DNA of 64,000 nt from Pelagomonas calceolata. Taxonomy: Eukaryota. Location: positions 2,852,001-2,916,000 of the forward strand of contig CAKKNE010000005.1 of the NCBI GenBank assembly GCA_918797485.1, written 5' to 3'. This document shows, piece by piece, positions 10,583 through 21,918 of this stretch; the first letter of the stretch is position 1; each line of letters opens with the position of its first letter. Under the pieces are notes generated by a model, which was not told the DNA's origin, did no database searches, and was given only the letters and a program-made list of their open reading frames with translations. A program made the position numbers and the translations under genes.

Positions 10583-12206
10583 TTAGACGGCGACGGGCCG
10601 CGGCGCCGAGCACTTGTTGCACTGCGTCCGCTTCGCGAAGTTCATGTTGCCGCACTCCTCGCAGTCCCAGTCACCCTTCCTCCGCGTCTGGCCCTTGGCG
10701 TTCTGCCGCTCCTCCCAGGCCCGCCGTTTCTTGTCCTCCTCGCGCTGGTCGTCGCGCTCGGCGCTCCACTTTTTGGATCGCGGCATCGGCGTCTCGAGCC
10801 TGCGTGGACATTCACCCGTGAGTTTCGGTCGCATCGATGGCGTGGACGTTGGCGCATCGAAGTCTCCGGACTCGGACGGCGCGCCCCGGTTGGAGCTTCC
10901 GCCGCAGTGCCTCGACGTCTTTGACGCCAAGCCGCCCGAGCTTCTCGAGCACTGCGTGCTCCCCGTGGATCTTGACGCGCTGGTCAGTCGTCAGGGACAT
11001 GTAGTCCATAAGCCGGAGTTCGCCGATGCGCTTCAGAGCTTTTCGGAGCTTTTTTTCCTGCTTTTCGGCGTCGCTCCGCTTCGACGTAGGAGGAGGCGCC
11101 GCGGCGGCCGGCGGCCGCCGGCTGAACACGGTCTCGAAGGCTTGATACGAGCCCTCGAGGCCCGCGGACTCCGACGGCGCCGCCGCGAGGTGCTTCGCGA
11201 GCGCGTCTCCCGAGCAGAACGCCGCCTCGATCGACGCCACCGGCCCGCCCTCGACAGACAGCCAGTCGCCCACGATGCCAATTTTATTGTCGGCGTCCCA
11301 GGCGAACGGCACGTCTGCGACGTGGGCGTTGAGCGGCAGCGCCGCGCCCCAGAGCTGGAGCCGCCATCGCAGCGGCGCCAGCGGTGCCGACGCACCGAGC
11401 GCCGCGCCGAGCGCCGATAGCATTTCGTTCCTGACGCGCTCCTCGACGTCCGTGCCCCGCAGCTGCTCTTGGGGGTGCTTATTCTTCGAGCCGAAGGCGC
11501 CCGTCGACAGCGCGGTCCAGGTCTCCGTCGCGTCGCCGTCGCGCGCCCACCCTAATTTCTTGCCCTGGTTCGCCGCGAAGGCGAGCACGTCATCGTCCTC
11601 AAAGACGCGCGCGACGCCGTCGTACGAGAGCGAGCCCGCCGGCACCTCGAAGACCAGGCTGTACACTGAATTCAGCGTCATGCGCGACGGCGAGGGCTTC
11701 GTGCCGAAGGCCGCCTTGCAGAGCTTGGAGACCGGCGAGCGGATCTTCGACGTGAGGCGCTCGGCGCACTTGCCGTTGTGGGCAATGACAACAGCATCGA
11801 ACTGTTCTTTGTCGGCCGACCACGTGCCGTCCGGTTTCTTGAAGACGCCGCCATTGGGGGCGACCCAGCGGTCCTGGCGCACTTCCACGCCCTCGGCCAT
11901 GAAATCAGGTAGCGCGCCGAGGCCATCATTTTCGGACCCGACGAACTTGCCGTCCCACGGGCGCAGGACGCCGGTCGAGACGCAGTCTTGAATAAACGCG
12001 TCGAAGGCGTCGCTGCGGCCGCTGCTCTCCACAAATTGCGCCGCGTGGTCCACGGCGCCGGGAAAGTTTGTGTTCGTGCGGCTGCTGCAGCGGCCGCCGA
12101 CGCCGCGCTTGCCCGTGTCGAACACGACGCACGCGATGCCGCACTGCAGGAAGTGGCGTGCGGCTGCTAGGCCGCTGACGCCGCCTCCTATTATGCCGAC
12201 GCGCAT
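10583..12206 (-). CDS. Renalase-like FAD/NAD(P)-dependent oxidoreductase, probably spliced to a C-terminal RanBP2-type zinc finger (putative GC-AG intron 10800-10884)
   Basis: GIIGGGVSG, GGRCSSR, DHAAQF and GIVGDW motifs; downstream GDWDCEECGNMNFAKRTQCNKC joins in frame through the proposed intron. Confidence 0.8.
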
Positions 12207-12576
12207 GGTCTTTTTTTACTTTGCCGTCGCGGAGCAGCGATGTAGTGCAGCGTATGTATTGTGCCAGCGATGCGCAACGCACTTATGCGTTGACTGCACT
12301 GCACTGACGCTGTCCACTGCAAGTGTTGTGGTCGCTGCCTGTGGCGCCGAAGCGATGCTAGAAGTTGTGCGCTTGTCAGTGCACGGTCGCCTATGAGTGC
12401 TGCAATGCTTGGTGCAAGCCCTGGTGCTGTTTGTCGCCTGAACAGCCTCGCGGGCGCCGGTCTTGCTGCCTGCTGGCTAGTGCCTCAAGGCCGCTAGCTG
12501 CGTGGTGTAGAATTTCTCGACAAAAAGAGCGTAGCGCCGCGCGGACTCGTTAAGAGGCTTTAGTCTTAGACGGGGG

Positions 12577-13551
12577 TCACGCCTGCAGACTCCCCTCGGG
12601 TTCGAGGAATACCTTCTTCGCGCCCGGAAGCTTGAACGTCCGCCGCATCTCGTCGCGCGCCGTCGAGTGGTAGTCGCCGTACTGGGGCACGTCCTCCTTG
12701 GCCGAGACGATGGGCGCCGGCGCCGCTTTCACACCCTTGACCGGCTCGTAGGCGCCGCGGTATTCCGAAGTGAAGGCGGAGGCCCCTGAAGGCTTGGAGG
12801 GAAAGTCGCCCTTGAACTCGCCGCGCGGGGCCTGCTTTTTCGGCTTGACGAAGGCCCGTCCATAACTCGACACGTAGGGCGCCTCGTACGGTTCTGGTAT
12901 TTCGACGTCGTCTTCATACACCGAGGGCTGCTTCAGCGACCGCTGGTGCTCGACGAACTCCTCCGAATAAGTGGTAGGACCGGTCTTGTTCGGGTTCGGG
13001 CCGATGTGCGGGGCCTCGTCGTATTTGGGAAACGGCCCGAACTTGAACGGCTTAAAGTCGTCGCGGTGTTTTGTAGAGAGCGAGTGGGGCGCCTTGGGCA
13101 CGTCCGTCTCCCCTCGAACCTTGGCGAGGGGCCTTTTTGGTTTCACGGCCTCGTACTCGGCTTTATAGGTCGTCGGCTCCATCTCATTGCTCTGGGCTCG
13201 CCGCTTCGCCGCCGCGTCGCGCACGATGATGACGTCGCTGTCTCGGATGAGTTGAAAGTCGCTCTCGCCCCGGATCTTCATGCCCCGCGACTGGGCCTGG
13301 CCTTCTTTACTCGCATCCGCGAGGTAGAACTCGCACGTCGCCGGGTAGCGCTTGCGTAAAGCTCGGAAGGAGTGGGGCAGCGCGCCGCCGACGCGCTCGT
13401 CGTCCTTGCCGTACACGACCGACGCCTCCTTGAAGATCAGGGACGGCGTCGCCCGGGGTTCGTGGGTGGCGGTGGTGTCAAACTCGCCCAGCCTTTGGGT
13501 AATGCCGAGCCGCGCGGCCTCGGCGGCGGCGATCTTGATGGTGTCGCGCAT
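12577..13551 (-). CDS. Putative SAXO/STOP-like axonemal microtubule-binding protein
   Basis: Repeated Mn-like motifs TTYKAEY, TTYSEEF, SSYGRAF, TSEYRGAY. Confidence 0.5.
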   Translation of the reverse strand: MRDTIKIAAAEAARLGITQRLGEFDTTATHEPRATPSLIFKEASVVYGKDDERVGGALPHSFRALRKRYPATCEFYLADASKEGQAQSRGMKIRGESDFQLIRDSDVIIVRDAAAKRRAQSNEMEPTTYKAEYEAVKPKRPLAKVRGETDVPKAPHSLSTKHRDDFKPFKFGPFPKYDEAPHIGPNPNKTGPTTYSEEFVEHQRSLKQPSVYEDDVEIPEPYEAPYVSSYGRAFVKPKKQAPRGEFKGDFPSKPSGASAFTSEYRGAYEPVKGVKAAPAPIVSAKEDVPQYGDYHSTARDEMRRTFKLPGAKKVFLEPEGSLQA

Positions 13552-13809
13552 GCTGCCGTCTGTCGTGTGGTGCTGCGCGTCGACGGCGTGGGGCAGCCGA
13601 TTTAGCCTTTGCCGTCACGACTCAACAGAGCGGCGCTGTGGCGGCGCTCTGCCAAGTTCCGCTGGGGAGGGGGGGTCATTGCGGCTCTGAGCACTAGCTT
13701 TAGGCTAAGTGAGTCTTCCGCATGGCAAGTTCAAGAATCCAAATCACAAAAGTAGTGCCCCGCGATCGCGGCCGCTGGATGGTGTAAGGCACAGATAACA
13801 TCACACTAG

Positions 13810-14883
13810 TTATCGCCCTGCGATCGTCCCGTCCGCGCGGAGGGTGAACAGCCCCGCACCCTCGGGCAGCGCCTCGACGACCGGGAGCGCGTCGAGGTCG
13901 AGGTCCGCCGCTGACGCGTAGGACGGCTGGGCGCCGCGGCCCTGGACCGACCGCGCGGCCACGACGCTCGCCGCGCGCACCGCGGCGAGCGTCGAGAGGC
14001 CCGCGGACTTCGCGGCGGCGAACGCTCCGAGGAAGCTGTCGCCGGCGCCCGTCGTGTCGACGGGCGTGACGCCCGCGACGACGGGCACGTGGATCGCGAG
14101 GTCGCCCTCGACGAGCAGCGACCCGTTGCCTCCGAGCGTCGCGAGCACGCACTTGGCTCCGCGCCGCTGCAGATCCTTGGCCGCACAAACAGCGCCAGCC
14201 ACCGTAGCCGCCGTCGCCTTTTCATTGGCACCAGCAAGCAGGGCCAGTTCGACCTCGTTCGGGCACACGATGCTCGCCGCTCTAAGTAAAGCGTCGTCGA
14301 CGCCGCCCGGCGGCACGGGCGCCGCGTTCAGCACGGAGACGCAGCCCGCGGCCGCGGCGACCTCGAGCGCGCGCAGCGTCGTCGCTTGTGGTATTTCGAG
14401 CTGGCAGAGGAGCACTCCCGCGCCGTCGAAGATGGCGGCGTCGACGTCGTCCGGCGCGAGCTCGAAGTTGGCCCCCGGCACGACCACAATGGAGTTCGTC
14501 TCGTCCTCGGCGCCCACCGCCACGAACGCGACTCCCGTCGGTGCTGTTATTGTCGTGCGCACGTTGTCTATGATAACGCCGCGGTCCCGCAAGTTTTCTA
14601 AAGCGGCAGCACCGTACGCATCATCCCCGACTTTGCCGACGAAATGCGTCTCCGCGCCCAGCAGTGCCGCCTGCACCGCCTGGTTCGCGCCTTTCCCGCC
14701 GAACGCCTGCGAGAAGGTGTCGTGCAGCACCGTCTCGCCCGGCCGCGGGATGCGCGCGCCGCTCGTGATGAGGTCCTGGTTGTGCGAGCCGACGACGATG
14801 ACCTTGCCCGGTGTGAGAGCAGTGGCAGACTTGTGCGCAGCAATGCAGAGCAGCAGCACCGATCGCATGGCGGTGCGCATCAT
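13810..14883 (-). CDS. rbsK: Ribokinase (PfkB family)
   Basis: VVGSHNQD, GGKGANQA, LLCQLEI, CPNEVE, DTTGAGDSF; N-terminal targeting-like sequence; start codon uncertain. Confidence 0.92.
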   Translation of the reverse strand: MMRTAMRSVLLLCIAAHKSATALTPGKVIVVGSHNQDLITSGARIPRPGETVLHDTFSQAFGGKGANQAVQAALLGAETHFVGKVGDDAYGAAALENLRDRGVIIDNVRTTITAPTGVAFVAVGAEDETNSIVVVPGANFELAPDDVDAAIFDGAGVLLCQLEIPQATTLRALEVAAAAGCVSVLNAAPVPPGGVDDALLRAASIVCPNEVELALLAGANEKATAATVAGAVCAAKDLQRRGAKCVLATLGGNGSLLVEGDLAIHVPVVAGVTPVDTTGAGDSFLGAFAAAKSAGLSTLAAVRAASVVAARSVQGRGAQPSYASAADLDLDALPVVEALPEGAGLFTLRADGTIAGR

Positions 14884-15227
14884 TGACTGGATGTGTCGCG
14901 GTAAATTCTCCGCCGTATGCAGCTTATGCAGCGTCCGCACTCGAGCACTCGAGCTTGCTCAGCCTTGCTGCTCTTGCTAGTGTCTCTACGAGCTAGCTCC
15001 GTCGAGACCCATCGCTGCCCACTGCTCCCTCGACGACGTGCGAGCGCATGCGTGCCTGAAGATGCCCGCGCACTAGCTCGCGAAACCGTTAAGCAAGCAC
15101 CGAGATCTCTGTCCAGCGCCCCCTTTTCAGGTGCCAAAAATTGCAAGCCGGGGCAGCCCATCGCCGCCGCGCGCCCACCGGACACCCCACGAACCGTTAA
15201 CAAGCGCCGCACGCGCGCTCGGGCAGC

Positions 15228-15716
15228 ATGTCCCGCCCCCTGAAGCACTTCGGCGCCTCGGGGTCAGGCCTGCGCTGCAGCCACGGCAGCGACCTCGACA
15301 CGCGCATCGCCCGGCCCAAGCAGCCCAAGACGGCGCTGCCGCCCTCATTAAGACGCAAGATGGGCCTGGCCCCGCGCAAGGAGGAGGACGAGGCCGCGAG
15401 CGAGGCCATCTACAAGGCCGGCGCCGGCGTCCTCAAGCCTACCGGAAGCGCTCCGGACGGTACGTATCTGAAACGCAACTCGGGCGTGCCGGCGTCGCAG
15501 CGCGCGTCGGCCCTCGCGCAGCGGAGCGGCTACGCGTCGACCGCGCGCGCGACCGTGCGCCGCCCGGCGCTCGCCGACGGCAAGAACATCGACGAGGACT
15601 ACGGTGCTTCCAGTCGCGCCCCCCAGCAACGGCGGAAGAAGTTCGCCATGTCGACGAAGAAGACGGGCGCCAAGACGTACCAGGCGAACGCGGCCTACGA
15701 CACGTTTCTCGGATAG
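15228..15716 (+). CDS. Hypothetical basic protein
   Basis: 162-aa ATG ORF with coding-like codon usage. Confidence 0.55.
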   Translation: MSRPLKHFGASGSGLRCSHGSDLDTRIARPKQPKTALPPSLRRKMGLAPRKEEDEAASEAIYKAGAGVLKPTGSAPDGTYLKRNSGVPASQRASALAQRSGYASTARATVRRPALADGKNIDEDYGASSRAPQQRRKKFAMSTKKTGAKTYQANAAYDTFLG

Positions 15717-15745
15717 TTAGACCAAGTAAGATGAATCGATAGACT

Positions 15746-16756
15746 TCAGCCCGCGCGGGCCTCGAGCAGGTCCGCGACGCGCGCCAGCCCGAGGATCGTC
15801 GCCACGCCGAGCAGCAGCGCGAGGACCTTGGCTTTCGATGCGCCGCCGTCCTCGAACTCCTCGGGCACGACCTCCGTCGCGCCCACGTACACAAAAGTGC
15901 CCGCCGTCAGCGCGATCAATGCACCGTCCAAGGCGCCGCCAAACAGTTTGCCGAAGCGCGCGTGTAAACCTAAGCCGGCGACGCAGCCGAGCGGGCCCAT
16001 CGCCGTGAAGAGCAATAACAAGCGAAGGAGCTTCGGCCCCCGCAGGCCCGCTCGTAGTAGAGCAACCACTAATGCGAGCGACTCGGCGGGCTGGTGTAAA
16101 GCGATAGAACCAGCTAACAACGCCGCGGCGGACTTCGACCGCGCCACTGCCAAAGCCATCGTCTCGAGCATGGAGTGCACCGATAAAGCACCTAACAGCA
16201 TCGCCGCGCTGCCGCTCGTCTGCGCTTCGGCGGGCGGCGCGGCGCCGACGGCGGCGCCGGCCGCCGCGTCCGACGCCGACAGATCGGAAGACGGCGCCTC
16301 GGCGCCGTTCGCGAGGCGCTCGACGGCCCAGATCAGCAAATAGCCGCCCAGCGTCCAGCGGCAGGCCGCCGCCGCGCCGCCCTCGCCGAAGGCTTCCGCG
16401 GCTTCCGGCACCATATGTCCAAAAGCTAAAGCGAGGAAGACGCCGCCCGAGAAGGTGCTTGCTACACCTAATTTCTGGGACGAGCCCGTGAAGCGCTTGA
16501 AGCGCAGCGGCGCGGCCCAGCACATGGCGTTGAACGCACACAGGAGCACCGCCAATCCGATCTTGAAGCCGAGCGCGCCGGCCTCCGGCGGCGCCGCGGC
16601 CGCGGCGCCGCCCCGCGCGACGAGGCCCAATACGCGCGAGGCCCGTGGCATGCTCATGCTCATGCTCACGCTCGCGCGTGCCGCTGCGCGGCCGGCGGGG
16701 CGCGCGAGCATGGCGGGGAGCGATTTTGGCCGAACCATTGGCGCCACTAGGTGCAT
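15746..16756 (-). CDS. ZIP-family zinc/iron permease
   Basis: FSGGVFLA..H..PEA, ALSVHSMLE, IALHQPAE, AGTFVYVG..EVVPEE. Confidence 0.9.
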   Translation of the reverse strand: MHLVAPMVRPKSLPAMLARPAGRAAARASVSMSMSMPRASRVLGLVARGGAAAAAPPEAGALGFKIGLAVLLCAFNAMCWAAPLRFKRFTGSSQKLGVASTFSGGVFLALAFGHMVPEAAEAFGEGGAAAACRWTLGGYLLIWAVERLANGAEAPSSDLSASDAAAGAAVGAAPPAEAQTSGSAAMLLGALSVHSMLETMALAVARSKSAAALLAGSIALHQPAESLALVVALLRAGLRGPKLLRLLLLFTAMGPLGCVAGLGLHARFGKLFGGALDGALIALTAGTFVYVGATEVVPEEFEDGGASKAKVLALLLGVATILGLARVADLLEARAG

Positions 16757-17156
16757 GTAGTATTATGACGGCGCCGTGGTGGCGAGTTTCGGTGTCGTAG
16801 CCGCTAGTTGCTGTTCACAGCTTGCTTGCAGGACAAGCTCTTTGCACTAACCGGGCCCCCGTCAGCCTGTTGCTTGCAACAAAGCGATTTGTTATAGCCT
16901 TGGAGGTAAGATGCTTATCTCTGGGTAGTAATGGTGGACTGGGAGCAGCTTGCGCGCTCACTCGGTGCCCGCTCGCTGGGCTGCTTGACTAAAATCGGTA
17001 AATCGAAGGGTACTAAAAATGCTAAAATTGCAGAGCCGTCAGCGGGCCCTGCGAAGCCTACTGCGATTCACTAGTCAGTTTGAGCACCGTAGGCTAGCCA
17101 CACTAGCACCAGGCTGCATTTGATCACCGTCGGCCGCCGCGGCCGCCGCCTTCAGG

Positions 17157-17248
17157 AGCGGCCCGCGCCCGCCGCCGATGAATCGGCGACGCGCGGTGTC
17201 TCCCCCCCAGGGGCTCCGCCCACTAGTCCTAGCACCGTAACATCGACT
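17157..17248. repeat. Dispersed ~90-bp repeat, copy 1 (copy 2 at 33808-33897)
   Basis: Identical to 33808-33897 except for the length of one C run. Confidence 0.92.
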
Positions 17249-17316
17249 TCAGGAGTACCGGAGGCCCCGACGCCGCCGACGACACGCTACTAGGCAAGGC
17301 TTACCCGCCGCGAAAG

Positions 17317-18993
17317 CTACTTCTTTTTCATGGCCTTCTTGTACTTCTTGGCCACCTTCTCGACGGCGGCCAATGCCGTGGCCTTGTCCTCTTCGTCTTT
17401 TCTTTCCAACTGCTTCATGACCTCGGCGGCGGCCTCGTGGGACAGTTGCCCTTCTTCGACCAAAATAGCGTTGCCCTCGCAGGTCTTGGCCTCGTCCAAG
17501 GCTCGTTCGACGCGCAACGCGGCTTCTCGATACGTCCCCAGGATCTCCGACGGTATCCAGACATAATCACCACCTTCGGGAGGTAACGGGTACTCCTCGG
17601 TCTCGTCGATATGCCCCTGGTCCTCCTCGGACCAGTAGTCCGCCGGGGGGTCATCGATCGGAAGCTTCGGTGAGGGTAGTTCTCTCATACTCCTCTTCAA
17701 TTCTAATTCTGCTGATCGACAAGCAAACAACTTCTGGCCCCTCGCTAACAATTCCGGTTGGGCCTTCCGCAGGACCGCCTCTGCTATGGCCTTTTCTAAC
17801 CTCTCCAGGGATCTGACAGACGACTCGTCGGCACAATCGATCGCATCCAACGGCGTGCAGCACTGGTACAACCAATACTCCGAACGACTGCGATAACCAA
17901 GCGCGTCGGCCTCCTCCATCAGTGCCCCTAAACCGCCTGTGGGATCCCCACCCTCGATCAACTCAGCCCCTTCCTCCGCCGCCTTGATGGCTTCCCTCCT
18001 TAGTCTTTCAAGCTTGTTCACGTCTCTCGCATAAGCGCGTTGCGTGACGGTGGGACCGCCGCCCTCCACAACGTCTACTTGTTCTCTGAGTGCACATCTA
18101 GCTTCCGACCTCCTCAAAGCCGCAGCACCCTTCACGATGACTTCATTAACGATGCAGGCGTCTCGAGCCGTTTGTAGGGCTTCGGCGAGCGTCTTTCGTT
18201 GCGCCTCAAGTGTAGCGAAGTCGGCGTCGGCCGGTGGTATGACTTGCATCTCCGCTTCCAGCGTGGCTTTCACGCCGTCGTACCTCGATAAATTAGCCTC
18301 ATGTAAGTCTTGTCGGGTAGAAGGATGGGGCGGGTCGGTTTCCGCTTCAAACAACTCTTTCTTGACCCTTTCACTGGTAGCTAGATGACCAGGGGCATTG
18401 TTGAAGTCGTTTCTCGCGAGAGCGTCGGCACCGCCCGCCACAAGAGCTCTTACAATGAGATGCTTGTCGCCGGCCGCCGCTAGATGCAATGGTGAATTGC
18501 CCACGTCATCAACGTCCGAAGGCCGATACCCGGCCTTCATCAGCAACCAAACAATCCTCAAATGGCCGCCGAAGGCCGCCCAATGTAAAGGTGTATTCTT
18601 TAGCAACTTCGCAGATGGTATACTGTTCACCGTGCCGAACTTGATCTGAGGCTCGGCCGGCGCCGGAGCCTTTTCTTCGTCCTCCTCTTCATCGGAGGAC
18701 ACCTTGACGACGGGCGCCGGCGGCGGTCGCAGCGACTCCTCGACGGCGTCCAAGTACGGTTGATGGGCCCCGTCCTCCAACAAACGTTCCACTATCTCGA
18801 CCATGCCGTGGCGACAGGCCCAGTGCAGCGGCGTCCAGTTCCCATCACTATAGAAGGGCGGCACGTCGTAGTCTTGGAGCTCCTTCGCTTGTTTCGAATC
18901 GCCGGCCTTGCAGGCCGCGTAGAAGTCACTCACCAAGACACAGGGATCGAGCCTCTCCTCCTCTTCTTCCTCGGAGCCCTCGGCGTCGGACAT
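17317..18993 (-). CDS. Ankyrin-repeat protein with a helical C-terminus
   Basis: NWTPLHWAC, NTPLHWAA and GNSPLHLAA motifs. Confidence 0.85.
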   Translation of the reverse strand: MSDAEGSEEEEEERLDPCVLVSDFYAACKAGDSKQAKELQDYDVPPFYSDGNWTPLHWACRHGMVEIVERLLEDGAHQPYLDAVEESLRPPPAPVVKVSSDEEEDEEKAPAPAEPQIKFGTVNSIPSAKLLKNTPLHWAAFGGHLRIVWLLMKAGYRPSDVDDVGNSPLHLAAAGDKHLIVRALVAGGADALARNDFNNAPGHLATSERVKKELFEAETDPPHPSTRQDLHEANLSRYDGVKATLEAEMQVIPPADADFATLEAQRKTLAEALQTARDACIVNEVIVKGAAALRRSEARCALREQVDVVEGGGPTVTQRAYARDVNKLERLRREAIKAAEEGAELIEGGDPTGGLGALMEEADALGYRSRSEYWLYQCCTPLDAIDCADESSVRSLERLEKAIAEAVLRKAQPELLARGQKLFACRSAELELKRSMRELPSPKLPIDDPPADYWSEEDQGHIDETEEYPLPPEGGDYVWIPSEILGTYREAALRVERALDEAKTCEGNAILVEEGQLSHEAAAEVMKQLERKDEEDKATALAAVEKVAKKYKKAMKKK

Positions 18994-19424
18994 CTTGTGT
19001 CTGGCTCGAGGTGCGTGTTCTGGCCCGTTCCTAGCTCGCGGGCAGCCTCGTGGGGCCGGCCTCGGCTGCCTAATGGGGCGCTATGCGGCTCGATGGCCGG
19101 GGCTGCCTCTAGATGGTTGTTCCTGTGTGCGCTGCGAATGAGGGCTGGTTCTAGCCTTTCTTGTGCCGGCCTGTCGTCCTCCGACAACTCATTTTCGTGC
19201 GGGTCTGGGAGGGGGTCAGCCAATTTTGGCGGAGGACGAAAGACAAAAGACGAGATAACCAGTGACCTATTCAGCGTGCAGCAGCGTCTGTCGTCAAGCG
19301 CGCGCGCCCATTTTGAATCCCTTCGAGCAACGAGAGGAGAAACTGCGGCCGAAAGCAAAATTGGGCGACAAATTGGCACACGTGGTTTGCGCCTTTTGTT
19401 GCCGCGCGCGGCTGGCACACGCAA

Positions 19425-19633
19425 GTGAGCCACGCTGCAGCGCTCACAAAATCAGCGCTGCGCCGCCACGCGCGCGCGCGCGCCGACGGCGCCAGCTGGC
19501 TGGCCGCCGCCGCGCGTTCCCCGGGTCGACCCGCCGTCGCGCCCTTGTGGCCGACGGCGCGCGCCCGCCCTCAACGAGAGCACCCCCGCGACGCCACCGC
19601 CGCGACACCAACATAACAATATTCACAACGCAG
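19425..19633 (+). other. Probable 5'-UTR intron of the DEAD-box helicase gene
   Basis: GTGAG donor at 19425; ACGCAG acceptor ends 4 nt before the ATG at 19638. Confidence 0.45.
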
Positions 19634-19637
19634 GTGT

Positions 19638-21563
19638 ATGGCATATGTGCCTCCTCATTTAAGACGCGCAGACTCTGGTCCCCCCGCCGAGGGGGGTCAG
19701 GGCGGTGCTCCGAACAACGGCGCACAGGGACGCGGAAACTATGGCAACTACGGCGCGGGCGGCGGCGAGCCCCAACAACAACAGCAGCAGCAGCAGAACA
19801 ACGGGCCGCCCCAGCGAGGCGGCGGCGGCGGCGGCTCCTTCTTCGAGCGCGACCAGCAGCGCCGCGAGCCGGCGCAGTTCCAGCAGAACTCGCGCTGGGC
19901 CGGCGGCGACGTTAGGGGCGGAGGCGACTACCGCGGCGGCGGCGGTGGATATGGAGGCGGCGGCTACGGCGGCGGCGGCCGCGACTTCGGTCGAGGAGGA
20001 GGTAGGGACTTCGGCGGCGGCGGCCGCGGCGGCCGCAAGAACGAGTTGGGCTTCTACGGCGACATGCGCCCGAACGAGCGGCTCGAGAAGAACTTGTTCC
20101 CGGCGAAGGACCAGACGCAGGGCGGCGGCGGCATCAACTTCAACAACTACGACAAGATCCCCGTGGAGATGTCGGGCGAGGACTGCCCCGAGCCCATCGA
20201 GGGCTTTCCCCTCGAGGTGTTCGGTGACGCGCTAGCCACGAACTTACAACGGTGCCACTACACGAAGCCGACGCCGGTCCAGAAGTACGCCTTACCTGTT
20301 GGGTTGGCCGGTCGCGACATGATGGCCTGCGCGCAGACGGGGTCGGGCAAGACCGGTGGTTTTATCTTCCCTGTGCTCGTCGCATTATGTAGAGACGGCG
20401 CGGCGCAGATCGCCGAGGACAACGGTCGAGGCTCGCGTCGCTCGCGGGCCCAGCCGAACGCTCTGGTCTTGGCGCCTACTCGCGAGCTCGTCTCGCAGAT
20501 CTTTGATGAAGCGCAAAAGTTCTGCTACTTGACGGGTGTCCGGCCGGTCGTGTGCTACGGCGGGGCGGAGACGCGCGGGCAGTTGCAGGAGCTCGAAAGA
20601 GGTTGCGATTTGCTCGTGGCTACGCCTGGCCGCTTGGTCGACTTCCTCGAACGTGGTAGAGTGACCTTGGCGGCGTGCAAGTTCCTCGTGCTGGACGAGG
20701 CCGACCGCATGCTTGATATGGGCTTCGAGCCCCAGATTAGACGCATCGTCGAGCAGGAGGACATGCCCCAGACCGGCCAGCGCCAGACGTTCATGTTTTC
20801 GGCGACGTTTCCCAGGGAGATGCAGATGATGGCCGGCGACTTCCTGAACGATTACGTGTTCTTGACCGTTGGGAGAGTGGGAGCTGCCTGTAAGGACGTG
20901 ACGCAGTCCTTCCAGTTCGTCGACGGACGGGATAAGCCCGAGGCGCTCATGCGTTATCTGTCGAACGTCGACCAGCACGGCCTCACGCTGGTCTTCGTCG
21001 AGACGAAGAGGGATGCGGACTTCCTGGAGGACGTCTTATGCAGGGAGGGCTTCCCCGCGTCGTCGATTCACGGCGACAAGACGCAGAGAGATCGAGAAAT
21101 GGCGCTCCGCGACTTCAAGAGCGGCCGCACGCCGATTTTGGTCGGTACTGATGTAGCTGCCAGAGGTTTAGATATTCCGAACGTGCTGCACGTCATCAAC
21201 TTCGACCTGCCGCGCCAGATCTCGGACTACGTCCACCGCATCGGCCGGACCGGCCGCGCGGGCAATACGGGCTTCGCCATGTCGTTCCTCTGCGACAAGA
21301 ACCGCAACATCGTGAGGGAGCTCATCGACCTGCTCGTCGAGAACGGCCAGGACGTGCCGTCTTGGATGGAGAACATGTGCGCGTACAGCGGCGGCTTTGG
21401 GGGCGGCGGGCGCCGCGGCGGCGGCGGCGGCGGCGGCTACGGCGGCAAGGACGCGCGCCAGGGCATGACGAAGCGCATGGGCAACGCGGCCCACGGCGGC
21501 GGCGGGTTTGGTGGCGGCGGCGGCTCGCGCGGGCCGCCGGCGCGGGACAACTCGGCCTGGTGA
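19638..21563 (+). CDS. DDX3: DEAD-box RNA helicase DDX3/Ded1
   Basis: MAYVPPHLR start, [48 protein letters not shown] tails. Confidence 0.96.
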   Translation: MAYVPPHLRRADSGPPAEGGQGGAPNNGAQGRGNYGNYGAGGGEPQQQQQQQQNNGPPQRGGGGGGSFFERDQQRREPAQFQQNSRWAGGDVRGGGDYRGGGGGYGGGGYGGGGRDFGRGGGRDFGGGGRGGRKNELGFYGDMRPNERLEKNLFPAKDQTQGGGGINFNNYDKIPVEMSGEDCPEPIEGFPLEVFGDALATNLQRCHYTKPTPVQKYALPVGLAGRDMMACAQTGSGKTGGFIFPVLVALCRDGAAQIAEDNGRGSRRSRAQPNALVLAPTRELVSQIFDEAQKFCYLTGVRPVVCYGGAETRGQLQELERGCDLLVATPGRLVDFLERGRVTLAACKFLVLDEADRMLDMGFEPQIRRIVEQEDMPQTGQRQTFMFSATFPREMQMMAGDFLNDYVFLTVGRVGAACKDVTQSFQFVDGRDKPEALMRYLSNVDQHGLTLVFVETKRDADFLEDVLCREGFPASSIHGDKTQRDREMALRDFKSGRTPILVGTDVAARGLDIPNVLHVINFDLPRQISDYVHRIGRTGRAGNTGFAMSFLCDKNRNIVRELIDLLVENGQDVPSWMENMCAYSGGFGGGGRRGGGGGGGYGGKDARQGMTKRMGNAAHGGGGFGGGGGSRGPPARDNSAW

Positions 21564-21918
21564 TGCGCCACACTACTCGTGTCGCGTATCAACAACCCCC
21601 TTCCTCCGCGCGGCCTCCTCGCGTCCTCACCCTCGGATGTGTAACTAACCCCCTTCTCGCTAGTTGTCTTCTCGTCGGTTGCGGACGACGCGCCTTCGTG
21701 GGGCTCTTTCATCGAAGCCCCATTTATCCTTCGGCCGGGCGCCATCCCGTGCGGGATCAGACTTCGACGGTGGTCCAGCGCATCCAAATACGAACCAAAA
21801 GGCTGCCCATTCGCTTGCCCAGGCAGCGTGAGGCACACACGGCTCGTAGCCGACGCGTGACAGCCCGCTGCTACGCGCGCGTCCACTCGTTCGAGCGGCC
21901 AGCGCCTCTACCACCAAG

